Below, piece by piece: positions 17,235 through 27,306 of a stretch of 34,859 nt of DNA. Source of the DNA: Candidatus Omnitrophota bacterium (GTDB lineage Bacteria > Omnitrophota > Gorgyraeia > 2-01-FULL-45-10); contig JAUYDB010000186.1 of NCBI GenBank assembly GCA_030691985.1, forward strand, positions 1 through 34,859, written 5' to 3'. The position numbers and the translations under genes are program-made. How positions within the stretch are numbered: position 1 is the stretch's first letter; every line of letters begins with the position of its first letter. The notes under the pieces are model-generated. The model saw only the letters and a list, made by a program, of their open reading frames with translations. It was not told the DNA's origin and ran no database searches.

Positions 17235-20200
17235 ACAAGGATACCTTTACTTTGAGGCCGGCGCTGGCGGCCGCGGGCGCATTTTTGGCAGCCGTTATTT
17301 TTTTCAGCCATCCTTCTGTCGCGGCCGCGGGCGAGAGCACCGCGCATATCGATCTCAAGATGATCCTTGAAGACAACCGCCGTGATTTTTATTCAGAAAG
17401 GCAGGATCTCCTGCTCGACATACTCCGTACTATGATAAACCAGGTACCCGAGGGAAGCGAAAGCGAAGATGTCGCGAAATGGGTGCAGGATTTTACTGAA
17501 AAGGGATTTATTAAGGGATCGTCCGGTGAATTTCTTTTTGCCGACGCGAACGCACAGCTTTGCGAAAAATTTCTCGGTATCGTTCAAGAGTCCGGCTGTA
17601 GACTGGACCGGAATTTCCTGAGGCGTATATATGAGCGGTGCCAGGCCGGTCCCGAAGTGATTGAATTTAAATATTTTTTGGAACCGGCCTGGCTTAATTT
17701 CAGCTCAAACCTGGCCGACGAAGAGACATACCAGGCGCTGTCAGGCCTCTTAGACAGGATGAGCGGCGCCGGTAAGATGCGCGAGTACCTGATGCTATTA
17801 TATTACGGTTATAAAACGCATGGCAAGCACGAGACCGATTTCGACGGCCGCATAGACGGCGGATTATTGGGATCGCCGTCTTTGAGAGCGGAGGACATAA
17901 AGGATCTCTATGGAGTTCTGAAACAGGATTATTGGGGCAGTTTTCAGATAAAGAGGGACTGGATGCTCGAAAAGGCCGCATGGAGGCTTTTCAACGATTT
18001 TTCGCCTCAGGACTGGGCCGGGAAGATTGAGCCAAGCATAGCGCTCGATCTCGCAAGCATATTGACAATGGCCGGAAAGACCAATGACCATGACAGGATT
18101 TCGCTTGTTGATTGGTTTAAGAAGATGGGGGCGTGCATAAAAAAATCCCCCGCAGACATCCCCGTCCGGTCTCTATTGACTTATTTTATCTCAAATTCGG
18201 GGCTTTCTTTACGCGAATCGTTCCAGGCGCTCCGTGAATTCTTCGCTGATGACCAGAGGATGTTTACGGCGCTCCATGAGTCGCCGCCGGATTCATCCGC
18301 GATGGGGATATGGAATAAAGATAAAGAGAACGCCGCGGAATGTATGACATTATTAGATGGTTTTTTCCAGATAGGCAGTGCGGGGGAATGGGATGTTGGC
18401 CTATGGGACTGCCTCAGGGATTATTACTACGTGCCGCGTCCGACGCAGGTCAGAGAGAGGCTTTTTAACACGATCATAAAGCCGATTTACGAAAGCCGGG
18501 AGCTTGCCGCCAACCCTGTCAGAAAAAGAATGTTACGCGAGGCCGAAGAGAGCAAATCTTTTATGCTCGAAAGCCATCGCTATGAGATCGCGCACCATCT
18601 CCTGACGACCTCCCCAATGACCGACATGGCCGCGATAGAAAATAAGGATAGCGATACCTTATCGTTCGCGATCCAGGTCTTCAATAACCTCGCGCCGGAA
18701 AGCGCCGAATTATACGATTCAGACTCGTTGAAGAAAGCGATAAAATCGTCCGGCGAGACGATGCCTCAAGATAAGCCGGAGCGGATCTTGCGTTATGTCA
18801 ACTTTGTCTTATCTGAACCACTTCTTCTCATGTGTTATGCCTTTATGGGAAAGACGGATCTCACCGGAGGCGTTGCCTTTTCGCTTGATAATGAGGCGCA
18901 GGTCAGGCAGTTTGAGGCGGTATTGAGAAGGATCGTGCAGATCAAAGGCGACCTGATGCAAAACTACGGCAGGAGTCTCGGCCGTGTCAAGGCGCTCGAA
19001 AAGATAGCGGAAGAGATCATCAGTAAGATGGAAGACGCTATTCAGAGGAAAGATACAAAACAGATCGTCAATCTGATCCGCCTCACCTTAAAAATAACCG
19101 TTATATTGGAGGACGACTCGTATATCGATCGTATTCTTCTCAGTTTGCGCAAAGACGTGTTTGGAGTAGGGGATGATCCGTACCTGTTTGTGCAGTTGTC
19201 GGGCGCGGATCTGGATGCGAAGGCCGGTTATTTTCATCTGTTGTGCTCAGACGATCTGGTGAGCGCGCTAAGGGCGGTCGGAAAAAGGAAATATTTCGAA
19301 AAATTTTACAGGATGCTTTATATGCCCCTTCGCAGCATTTATGGCTTTTTCAACAAGGTCGGGGCCGAGCCATATCTGAAATTTGTATCAGAATTTACGG
19401 AAGGCAAGTATGACACGCCTGAGGATGTAGACATGAACGGCCTGTTCGATGCGGAAGTAGAGAGCCTTGGCTCGATCCATGATGAGACGGGCCGTCCGAA
19501 GTATATCGATGCCGAAGAGGCTATCGCGTCCTTTATCGCGGGTCCGAATTTCGAAAAACTGGGCATAAAATCATGGAACGATCCACACCGCATAAATATG
19601 AACAAGAACGTCAACTTAGGGGTGCTATACCGTCTTCTGAATAAGACCAAAGTTAACGACTGGGCCATGGCAGAATGTCCTGACAATACCCGCGCGAAAA
19701 ATTATAGACAGGTCGCGGAGGTGTTTATTGAAAATATGGAAAATCCGGACCGTATGGACAAACCAGTCTCCTTGTCCGGACAGCCGGAGCTATACTCAAA
19801 ATGGGATTTTTTCGTCTTCGTCCGGTCTCTTGTCGATCTATATGAGATATACGGATATCCTCTGCCGGTTACTGCGTCGTCGTCGACAATGTTTACGGGC
19901 GCGCCGGAAGGCGGTATTAAACGCGACCCCCTGATAGGGAATATAAACGATGTGGCAACGAGAAAGCTCGACGGGACTTTGCGCGCTTCCGTGATAGAAA
20001 AGTTCGTGGGCGCGCCGGAGGCCAGCCAGACCGCGGGCTCCGGCAGGTCTGAGATGCTGGGGGAAACCACCCTCCTTCTACCCAATTCGGACGATAATAA
20101 CGCGGGCGAGAAAACAGAGCTCGATAGATACTGGGTGCTGAAAGAAGGCCTGTTCAAGCGGATAAGCTCGTCCCTTGACGATGCGGCCGCATCCGCGGAT

Positions 20201-22189
20201 AAACTAAGGCGATTGATACTGTTATGCCGTATGGAGACCAGCGTTTATGGTCTCGATAACGAGAAGGCGGGTTTTGGATATGAGCGCGTCAGATCGAAGT
20301 ATATGGCCCCCCTTGGAAAAGTTGACCAGACGACACTGCGGCTTGAGGAATTCCGGCTGAAAGAGGTGAATCAGCCGAACGGCCGGGAGGCCAATACCGT
20401 CCTGGAGCTTGCGCCGGTGGTGCAGCAGCTTGTCGATGTCCTGTCCAAAGATTACGACCTGATGAGGGTCCTGACAAAGGGTAAGGCTGATTCCGTTTCT
20501 CAGGCGATCCTCGCCTTGTACAAGGCCGCCAATCCTAATAACATACTCGAGGAATTAAAAGACGACCACGTCGAAACGCTATGGTTTTTAACGACAAGGT
20601 GCCGCAATGCCCTTGCCGACTCGGCGGGCCGGCTCGAGAGCTTGAGCCAGGAAGAAAAGGCGGCTACGGCGGGTATCATGTCATCGCTCTTTGTAATCTA
20701 CAGTTATTTCATGCCCTACATCGATTCCGGGTTTAACGTAGGCGCCATCTTCGATGTTAAAAACGCGCTGCCGGTATTTTGTATGCTCAATTACGATATC
20801 AAGGCGCCGGCAACGAAGCTCCTCGGTGTTTATGAGAGCTCCTGGAGCGGTATAAAAGGCGCCGTGAGGATGAGGCCGTTTGAGCTGGAGACGTTCCTGA
20901 TATGCCACAATTTCTTGCCCATATATCTTCTCGAGGCGGGCCTTAATGACTCCACGCGGTTTCTTAAATTGGTTGAGGGCAGACAGATCAGCGTCAGGGT
21001 GTATAATTTCCGATTGTTGTGGGAACGGGAAGACAGGGCGACGGTTTCTATGGAGCATCTCTGCGGCGAGATAATGGGCGGGATGGAGAATAACAAAAAT
21101 ATCCTGACGGCATCGGCCGAATTAACGGACGATGTGTACCTGGAGTATTTTTTCGGGGATATGCGGCGCGTTCTGAACAAAAAGCCCAAGTTTGAAACCC
21201 AAATGCCGCAGAATTTTGATTCTGTTGTGCAGAGATTGGCCGTGTTGCCCGAGGATGACAGGGTTGTCAGGCTTAAGAGCGATCTGGAACGAAAGATTTC
21301 TGAATTGGCCGGTTCGGCTCAGTCGGAAGAATCGGATAAGAGGAAGAAACGGTTTGAAGAGGCGCTCAACGATGTGAGCGGATTAAAAGGCAAGGTAGAT
21401 GCTGTCCTGGACAAGAGATATGAATATTTTGGAAAGGTTCTCGCGAAGCAGTTCAGATCGGTTTTTACCATCCAGAAGGCCTGCGAAGAGGCGGTCGAAC
21501 ACGTGAACCGGCGATCGCCGCGGCAGATGTTTAAAGCGATGGTTCAACCAGCCGATGAATATGCCTCATCGAGGCTTTCGGCAGAAGTGTGGCGGCGGTA
21601 TAACAAGTTCTATGAGGCGGCGCTCTTTGATGAAAAAGGAGGCTTCGCGCGTGAACTGGAAGAGCGGATGGTAAGATTGTTTTACGAACCGCCTAAAAAT
21701 AACGAAAGAAAGGCCGATTACAAGCGGTCGCGTCTTGTAAAATTTGCGCAGTTTCTTGACGGCGGTGAGATAAAGGATGAGCCCGCGAAATTGAAAGTGA
21801 CTACGGCTGGGTTTGCGGCCTGTGCCAATAAAAGCGCGGACACCCGGTCAGCCGTAGACTCAAAGTATATTGAGGCCGGCGCGCGTTTTTTAAAGTGCCT
21901 GTTTTGCGGTGAGTACATGGAGCGCGGCTATCCGTTCATCGGGGATATAGTTTGGGACAAAGACGAAAAAGGCCGGATAACTGTTAAGCCGTTACCTTAC
22001 GATGATAAGACAGGTGAAGAGGAAACGCGCGACCTGTTGAAATGGATTTTTGACTGTGGCGAGAAATACGGAAACATACCGGAGCTCAGAAAATTGTTCT
22101 TAAGGCAGGATGTTGTCATGGGAAAGCCGCAGCCGGAACCGGCGGCTCAAACCGTCCAAAACACGGAGAAAGACGAGGCGGTTGTATGA
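17231..22189 (+). CDS. Giant secreted hypothetical protein (1652 aa)
   Basis: The GTG start overlaps the upstream stop (GTGA). Signal peptide is LAAAGAFLAAVIFFSHPSVAAAGES. The ORF is uninterrupted for 5 kb. No motif recognised. Confidence 0.75.
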   Translation: MNKDTFTLRPALAAAGAFLAAVIFFSHPSVAAAGESTAHIDLKMILEDNRRDFYSERQDLLLDILRTMINQVPEGSESEDVAKWVQDFTEKGFIKGSSGEFLFADANAQLCEKFLGIVQESGCRLDRNFLRRIYERCQAGPEVIEFKYFLEPAWLNFSSNLADEETYQALSGLLDRMSGAGKMREYLMLLYYGYKTHGKHETDFDGRIDGGLLGSPSLRAEDIKDLYGVLKQDYWGSFQIKRDWMLEKAAWRLFNDFSPQDWAGKIEPSIALDLASILTMAGKTNDHDRISLVDWFKKMGACIKKSPADIPVRSLLTYFISNSGLSLRESFQALREFFADDQRMFTALHESPPDSSAMGIWNKDKENAAECMTLLDGFFQIGSAGEWDVGLWDCLRDYYYVPRPTQVRERLFNTIIKPIYESRELAANPVRKRMLREAEESKSFMLESHRYEIAHHLLTTSPMTDMAAIENKDSDTLSFAIQVFNNLAPESAELYDSDSLKKAIKSSGETMPQDKPERILRYVNFVLSEPLLLMCYAFMGKTDLTGGVAFSLDNEAQVRQFEAVLRRIVQIKGDLMQNYGRSLGRVKALEKIAEEIISKMEDAIQRKDTKQIVNLIRLTLKITVILEDDSYIDRILLSLRKDVFGVGDDPYLFVQLSGADLDAKAGYFHLLCSDDLVSALRAVGKRKYFEKFYRMLYMPLRSIYGFFNKVGAEPYLKFVSEFTEGKYDTPEDVDMNGLFDAEVESLGSIHDETGRPKYIDAEEAIASFIAGPNFEKLGIKSWNDPHRINMNKNVNLGVLYRLLNKTKVNDWAMAECPDNTRAKNYRQVAEVFIENMENPDRMDKPVSLSGQPELYSKWDFFVFVRSLVDLYEIYGYPLPVTASSSTMFTGAPEGGIKRDPLIGNINDVATRKLDGTLRASVIEKFVGAPEASQTAGSGRSEMLGETTLLLPNSDDNNAGEKTELDRYWVLKEGLFKRISSSLDDAAASADKLRRLILLCRMETSVYGLDNEKAGFGYERVRSKYMAPLGKVDQTTLRLEEFRLKEVNQPNGREANTVLELAPVVQQLVDVLSKDYDLMRVLTKGKADSVSQAILALYKAANPNNILEELKDDHVETLWFLTTRCRNALADSAGRLESLSQEEKAATAGIMSSLFVIYSYFMPYIDSGFNVGAIFDVKNALPVFCMLNYDIKAPATKLLGVYESSWSGIKGAVRMRPFELETFLICHNFLPIYLLEAGLNDSTRFLKLVEGRQISVRVYNFRLLWEREDRATVSMEHLCGEIMGGMENNKNILTASAELTDDVYLEYFFGDMRRVLNKKPKFETQMPQNFDSVVQRLAVLPEDDRVVRLKSDLERKISELAGSAQSEESDKRKKRFEEALNDVSGLKGKVDAVLDKRYEYFGKVLAKQFRSVFTIQKACEEAVEHVNRRSPRQMFKAMVQPADEYASSRLSAEVWRRYNKFYEAALFDEKGGFARELEERMVRLFYEPPKNNERKADYKRSRLVKFAQFLDGGEIKDEPAKLKVTTAGFAACANKSADTRSAVDSKYIEAGARFLKCLFCGEYMERGYPFIGDIVWDKDEKGRITVKPLPYDDKTGEEETRDLLKWIFDCGEKYGNIPELRKLFLRQDVVMGKPQPEPAAQTVQNTEKDEAVV

Positions 22190-23271
22190 CTCGATTTAAC
22201 GACATGGAGGCGTTTCTGGCTTATTTCGGCTTGGTGGCAGACTACTGGAAAAATATGGTCCGGCATGGCGCTAAAGCGGATGATTACCGGCGCATCGTGG
22301 AAAGGTTTATAGAAAAGATGGCGGAGCAAGTTGATACCTGTTTTGCCCAGGAAGCGATAGAATGGGTCGATATGCTCGAATCGGAACCTTTTAACGAGCT
22401 TGTGGATATGGAATCCGTGGCAAAGCGTTTTACTGTCAGGGTCGCGCGCGCCGTGGCGGGAGCTTCCGCCGGAAAACCCGTCGACGCTGTTGAGTGGATA
22501 CGTTTTGTAGATACGCGCAAATTTATTTATGTTCTGAAGAACAAGGCCTATTCATGGGTGGATGAATGTCTTGCGGGTGTATGCGATAGCAGGGTCTCAT
22601 CAGAAGTTGCCAGGGCCGCATACGGCGTTTTGGAAAAAACGGCGCCGCAGGACGCGCGCCGGAGTTCTTTCTGTGAAGGCCTGAATAGTCTTAAACTGCC
22701 TCCGGGGAAAAATATTTGGGAAGCGGGCTCGTTCAGAGAGGCGCTATGGGCCTGTACGATTAACGCGGCATCCTGCGCGCCAAAGATCAAGCGCTGCGCC
22801 GCGGACATATTTACAATGGTAAAGGATGACCCCCATCTTTTTGGGGTATGGGTTGGCGTTTGCGATAAATTCACATCGGAAGGTATAGGTCTTTGGGGCG
22901 GGGACGAAGGCCCTCTTCGGAAGGCGGCGGAGTATCCAACCGCCGGAACATCTCTCGATGGGGTCGCGCACGACAAAACTGGTATCAGCTCTAAAGAGAT
23001 AACCCTCATGTATTTTTATTCCCAGGATGTCCTGCTGTGCCAGCATCAGTCCCCTATAGTGAACAGGGTGACAGGCAGATTGCCCGGCGCGGTTACCGTT
23101 AGACGGCTGGACGCTGACAAAAGAGGTGATAGGCCCCTTTTTACGCGCTTCGGCGTTAAGGTGGTGCCAACACTTATTATCGCAGGTGATGGGTTGGAGC
23201 TAAAACGTTACACCGGGCTCCAGGGCGAGGAGGCTCTTGTGTCGGAGCTGAAAAAAATTGTCGAAAGGTAA
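22186..23271 (+). CDS. Cytoplasmic protein (361 aa) with a C-terminal thioredoxin-fold domain lacking the nucleophilic Cys
   Basis: ATGA overlap with the upstream gene. The C-terminal ~90 aa align by eye to thioredoxin. FYSQDVLLCQ occupies the FWAEWCGPCK position, FGVKVVPTLII matches YGIRGIPTLLLF (cis-Pro retained), and GEEALVSELKKIV matches the C-terminal helix. Confidence 0.7.
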   Translation: MTRFNDMEAFLAYFGLVADYWKNMVRHGAKADDYRRIVERFIEKMAEQVDTCFAQEAIEWVDMLESEPFNELVDMESVAKRFTVRVARAVAGASAGKPVDAVEWIRFVDTRKFIYVLKNKAYSWVDECLAGVCDSRVSSEVARAAYGVLEKTAPQDARRSSFCEGLNSLKLPPGKNIWEAGSFREALWACTINAASCAPKIKRCAADIFTMVKDDPHLFGVWVGVCDKFTSEGIGLWGGDEGPLRKAAEYPTAGTSLDGVAHDKTGISSKEITLMYFYSQDVLLCQHQSPIVNRVTGRLPGAVTVRRLDADKRGDRPLFTRFGVKVVPTLIIAGDGLELKRYTGLQGEEALVSELKKIVER

Positions 23272-24598
23272 GAGCGTGCTTACGAAAAGTATATTTTGGA
23301 CCACGATGGTGGTGTGCGTCGCGGCCTCTTTACCTTTATGTTTACGCGCGCACGCTGAGGAAAGCATGATGGACCCATGGGCAACCTCGTTCCATGATCA
23401 GGTCAAGAGGTCTAACGACGTTTACGTTAAAAATAACATTCTTGTTCACCTGGAGTCGGTTGATAAGCTCAATAAGGAGATACGCGAGGCATCGCTTTCA
23501 CGGTTTAACACCGGCCTTGACCTTGGCGACGCGAAGGAATCCGATATCGATAAAGTCATAGCTAGTCTCGTTGCGTTCCAGAAGAAGCATAACGCCCGTC
23601 TCGAAGGATGGGCGGGGAAAAATACCGCCTTCGGGAGTTTTGTCGATCCGCTTAAGATGCGCGCCGCGCAGGTGAAGAGCCTCAAGGACGCGCGTTTTCC
23701 ACAGCCATGGCCTTTTGCGGCCATACACTGGTATCCACGCGCCCGAAAATTAAAATTGGAAAACCAGGAAATACCGAAAGACGGACTCGGGTTTAAACCC
23801 GACCTGTGGCAGGACGCCGACGCCCTGACCCAGAAATACGCGTTATTCAGCTTCATGCGCAAAACCCTCAACGTCCGGCAGTTTGAAGAGGCCTTCCTTG
23901 ATGATCAAACGGGTTATAAGTCCTTTTGGAAAATCTCATCCAAGGCCATAAATTTTAAACGTTGGCGTTATCAGGATTATTACATCTACCGCTATATATC
24001 TCCATTAGGCTTGCCCGCAGCTGAAAAAGGAAACCTGAAGTTCTTTGTCCTGGTCCAATGCGCGTTATCCAGAGGAACCGATAAATTTCAGGATTTTTAC
24101 AACGCTAAACTCCGATTTTTCGCGGATTTGACGGAAGAAATGAAACGCGAAGATTGTGTGAGAATGGCCGCAAGGACTTACATGGATTTGTACGCCTTCG
24201 TATGCCGTTCGTTTCCGTGTGTCAGCGCGTTTCGGATTAAGGATGCCGCGGCGGGCGCCTCGATATATGAATTTCTGGACGGCTATCCCGGAGATAAGCC
24301 GGCGAGAATGGAGTTCGGCGAAAACTCACCGGCAGGTATCGCGTTCAGGCTGTACGAGCGGCTTAATACCTCAAGCCGCGGCTCGCAATCCCAGAGGGAG
24401 CTTACGGAACGGATATTTTCGCCGATCCTTCTTCTTCAGTTCCGGCTGCCGGCCGATTTTTCAAACAGGCTTACGGATTTCCCGTATGAAGATATCAAAG
24501 TGGGTTTCAAGGGCTACCTCGATTTTTATGATGCGCTTACCGCGCCCGGCCCGGTTTTCGGCAAAAAGGCATGGACGATAAAAGGAATTTTCAGGTGA
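23258..24598 (+). CDS. Secreted hypothetical protein (446 aa; TTG start, alternative GTG at 23276)
   Basis: Signal peptide FWTTMVVCVAASLPLCLRAHA-EES. It is coupled to the neighbouring genes. No motif recognised. Confidence 0.7.
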   Translation: MSKGKSVLTKSIFWTTMVVCVAASLPLCLRAHAEESMMDPWATSFHDQVKRSNDVYVKNNILVHLESVDKLNKEIREASLSRFNTGLDLGDAKESDIDKVIASLVAFQKKHNARLEGWAGKNTAFGSFVDPLKMRAAQVKSLKDARFPQPWPFAAIHWYPRARKLKLENQEIPKDGLGFKPDLWQDADALTQKYALFSFMRKTLNVRQFEEAFLDDQTGYKSFWKISSKAINFKRWRYQDYYIYRYISPLGLPAAEKGNLKFFVLVQCALSRGTDKFQDFYNAKLRFFADLTEEMKREDCVRMAARTYMDLYAFVCRSFPCVSAFRIKDAAAGASIYEFLDGYPGDKPARMEFGENSPAGIAFRLYERLNTSSRGSQSQRELTERIFSPILLLQFRLPADFSNRLTDFPYEDIKVGFKGYLDFYDALTAPGPVFGKKAWTIKGIFR

Positions 24599-27303
24599 AG
24601 ATCAGAGCCACAATCAGCGTTTTTACATCTCTTATTTTTTTGTCCGTCCTTATCGGCATATTTTCGATATTTGTGTTTCAGAAGTCGTTTTTGCCTTTGT
24701 CGGGCCCGGGTGAAAACGGCAAAGGCTGGGCCGATGATGTCATGACTTTTTATGAATCGGCGTCCGAGAAGACTCTTGAGGAGGCTTATCGCTCAAACGT
24801 CAAACGCATAGAAATCCGTCCCCAGGAAAATTCAAGCCGCTATCACTGCGCCAGCCCGTGCAACGAAGGCCTGGCGGGCGCGGTAGTTAAGAAGCTTTAT
24901 AATGGCCGGTCTGAAAAGATTCCCGAGGTTTTGTTTTGGCGTGAGCCGTTATTTGCGAGCTCATCCTGCCGTGGGATTCTTTATTTTTGCAATTGGCTGA
25001 CCGCGAATCTGCGCTTTCTTTCCCCGCAAAAAGGCAAAGGCACGCCGGGCCCTTGCTCTATGGGATTATTCAGGATGCGCCCTGACGGCAGGGCGGAACC
25101 GGCAAAGGAACTTACAAGCCAACCAACACTCTACCTGACTATAGAGATCAGCGATGTAAAGATGCATGCCGGGCAAAATACCTTTAAAGCGGAGTTTTGT
25201 CTGCGCGCCGATGACGGGGATCCGAAAAAAGGCGCGGTTATTTTGAAAGAGTCCTATAAAGGGGCGACCACGCAAATCTTCTGGTTCATCAGGCAAAAAT
25301 GCCCCGGATGGTTCATGTTTGTGAATATCGTACTGATCTTCATGCTTTCCGGTTTTCTTTTTTGGTTTCGGAACCTGCCATATCCCGCCGTCAAGATAGG
25401 CCTCCTCTGCTGTATGCTGGGGCAGATCTATGTCATGGCGCTTTTATTATTATCTCCAATTCCGCGGGAGCAGCTGCAGTTTTTTCATGACCAGACGAAA
25501 ATTTTCTATCTGGTTGATATAAACAGCGAGATCAGATTCGCGCCCGAAAGGTCTGATGGGCAAAAGGCCGGTCCCGATTATCTCGCCAGGCGCCTTGAGG
25601 AGAGGATCAGCGAGCGCGTCGTGGGCCAAAAACCCGGCGAGCTAATGGCGTTCTGGAGATGGTTATGGTCGCGATACAGCATAGGAGCGATTTACCGGCC
25701 GCGCAGGTTTGAGCTGAATCGTCCGTGTGTCATGGACAAATATGAGTTTTCCGGGTTTGAAAAGGATGGGTGGAATTACCTGGGGGTTGTATCCAGGGGA
25801 ATGGAGGACAGCGGTAATTTTACAGCCTCAAACAATGCCTCTATCCTGCGTGAGGCACGCTTAGTTAAGCCGCAAACCGAGCTCAAAAATGCCCTGAAAC
25901 GCGAAGCGCAGGAAAGCGCGAACGGTTCGGCGATGAATCTTGCGCTTGTACTGACAAGCGCGAGCACATCATCTTATAAAGACGTGCTTGAGTTTATGGA
26001 GCCTGCCGAGGCCGCGGCAAGGGATGGCCGTGACCTTCGGGTATTTACTATTTTGGTTCCTTCGATACCGACAACCGGCGCAGACAAATTTTATGATTTC
26101 GAGAACGGGAAAGCCGCGCTCATATCTCTGGAGTCGGACTATATCCTTCCGCTGAACAGCCGCGCATATAAAGCGGATGAACTGGAATCCTTATTAAGAA
26201 AACATGGGATAGAACGTAAGAGCCGCGCCGGAGGCGAACCACAAGTTATTAATCTGCGTTCCGGCCTATATGATATTCCTAATATCAGCGTTGAGGATAA
26301 GGACTATTGGGATACGCCGCGCGACCTTGGTGAATTAAGGCAAAAATACCTGTTTGTTGGGCGGGAGAAAATTGACGCGGCCTGTGACGAGATTGTGAAT
26401 ATACTCAAAGATATGCTCAGCCGCGGATTCGACAATGCGGAGAGACTCATATTTATCCATGTGATCGGCCGTATACCCGTCTTCTGGCTTGCTGTTATAG
26501 CGCTCGCGTCCTACATATTCGGTTTTTTCGCTTTCATCGGCCAATGTAATCCTGTCTTCTTCCGCGAGTTCGAACATGACCCCGCTGTAAGGATTGGCCA
26601 CTATGCCGCGGTGGCGCTCTCCGTAGCGAGCATGGTATTATTCGTTTTCGGAGTGGTCTGGCGCGCGCAGAACCCCGAAGTATGGACGGACTTCGGCGAC
26701 CCCCGCTGGGCTCTCGCGGTCGGTATACTCTGCTGGTTGTCATGGTTTGTAGCGCCGTTCGCATACTTCAAGGTGAGGGGAATAAATGGCCTGAAGGGTG
26801 AAGGGCTTGGCCCGGCGCCGGCCAGATATTGGGCGCTTTCTGTCTGCATGGCAGGCCTAGCGGCCATTTATGCCTCATTCCGGTATATACCGGAAGGCGG
26901 TTTAACCGGATCGAACCTGTTTTGGAAGTTCTGGCTTACATTTTTGCTCGTCAGCCTGACTATCTTCTCGGGACTCATAGCGCCGAAAGGCGATAAGAGT
27001 GTATATGGCGGGATGGGGCATATAGAGTGGTGGCGCAATCCATGGTGGAGCTTCCTTGTTAAGACGCTTCTTATAATGGGGATAATAATACTATTCCGCG
27101 GGGCGTTTCCCGCGACACCAAGCGGATGGAAGGGTATGACGGGCCTGTTTTCGTCGTTCCATCGTTTCGTGTTGACGATAACCATCTTTTGGTCTATAAT
27201 CGGCTTTGCGATTGCCCTTACCGCTAAGCCGATAAGGTTGACATACTGGCTTGGCCCAGCTATCACTGTTGTCGCCAGCCTTGCTCTATTCCTGGGAGGT
27301 TAA
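24571..27303 (+). CDS. Polytopic inner-membrane protein (910 aa; alternative GTG start at 24595 gives a GTGA overlap)
   Basis: One N-terminal TM segment, a ~200-aa soluble region, two TM segments around aa 245-300, a ~330-aa soluble region, then about 8 C-terminal TM segments (for example VFWLAVIALASYIFGFFAFIG, WALAVGILCWLSWFVAPFAYF, FVLTITIFWSIIGFAIALTA). No family recognised. Confidence 0.75.
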   Translation: MDDKRNFQVKIRATISVFTSLIFLSVLIGIFSIFVFQKSFLPLSGPGENGKGWADDVMTFYESASEKTLEEAYRSNVKRIEIRPQENSSRYHCASPCNEGLAGAVVKKLYNGRSEKIPEVLFWREPLFASSSCRGILYFCNWLTANLRFLSPQKGKGTPGPCSMGLFRMRPDGRAEPAKELTSQPTLYLTIEISDVKMHAGQNTFKAEFCLRADDGDPKKGAVILKESYKGATTQIFWFIRQKCPGWFMFVNIVLIFMLSGFLFWFRNLPYPAVKIGLLCCMLGQIYVMALLLLSPIPREQLQFFHDQTKIFYLVDINSEIRFAPERSDGQKAGPDYLARRLEERISERVVGQKPGELMAFWRWLWSRYSIGAIYRPRRFELNRPCVMDKYEFSGFEKDGWNYLGVVSRGMEDSGNFTASNNASILREARLVKPQTELKNALKREAQESANGSAMNLALVLTSASTSSYKDVLEFMEPAEAAARDGRDLRVFTILVPSIPTTGADKFYDFENGKAALISLESDYILPLNSRAYKADELESLLRKHGIERKSRAGGEPQVINLRSGLYDIPNISVEDKDYWDTPRDLGELRQKYLFVGREKIDAACDEIVNILKDMLSRGFDNAERLIFIHVIGRIPVFWLAVIALASYIFGFFAFIGQCNPVFFREFEHDPAVRIGHYAAVALSVASMVLFVFGVVWRAQNPEVWTDFGDPRWALAVGILCWLSWFVAPFAYFKVRGINGLKGEGLGPAPARYWALSVCMAGLAAIYASFRYIPEGGLTGSNLFWKFWLTFLLVSLTIFSGLIAPKGDKSVYGGMGHIEWWRNPWWSFLVKTLLIMGIIILFRGAFPATPSGWKGMTGLFSSFHRFVLTITIFWSIIGFAIALTAKPIRLTYWLGPAITVVASLALFLGG

Positions 27304-27306
27304 TAT

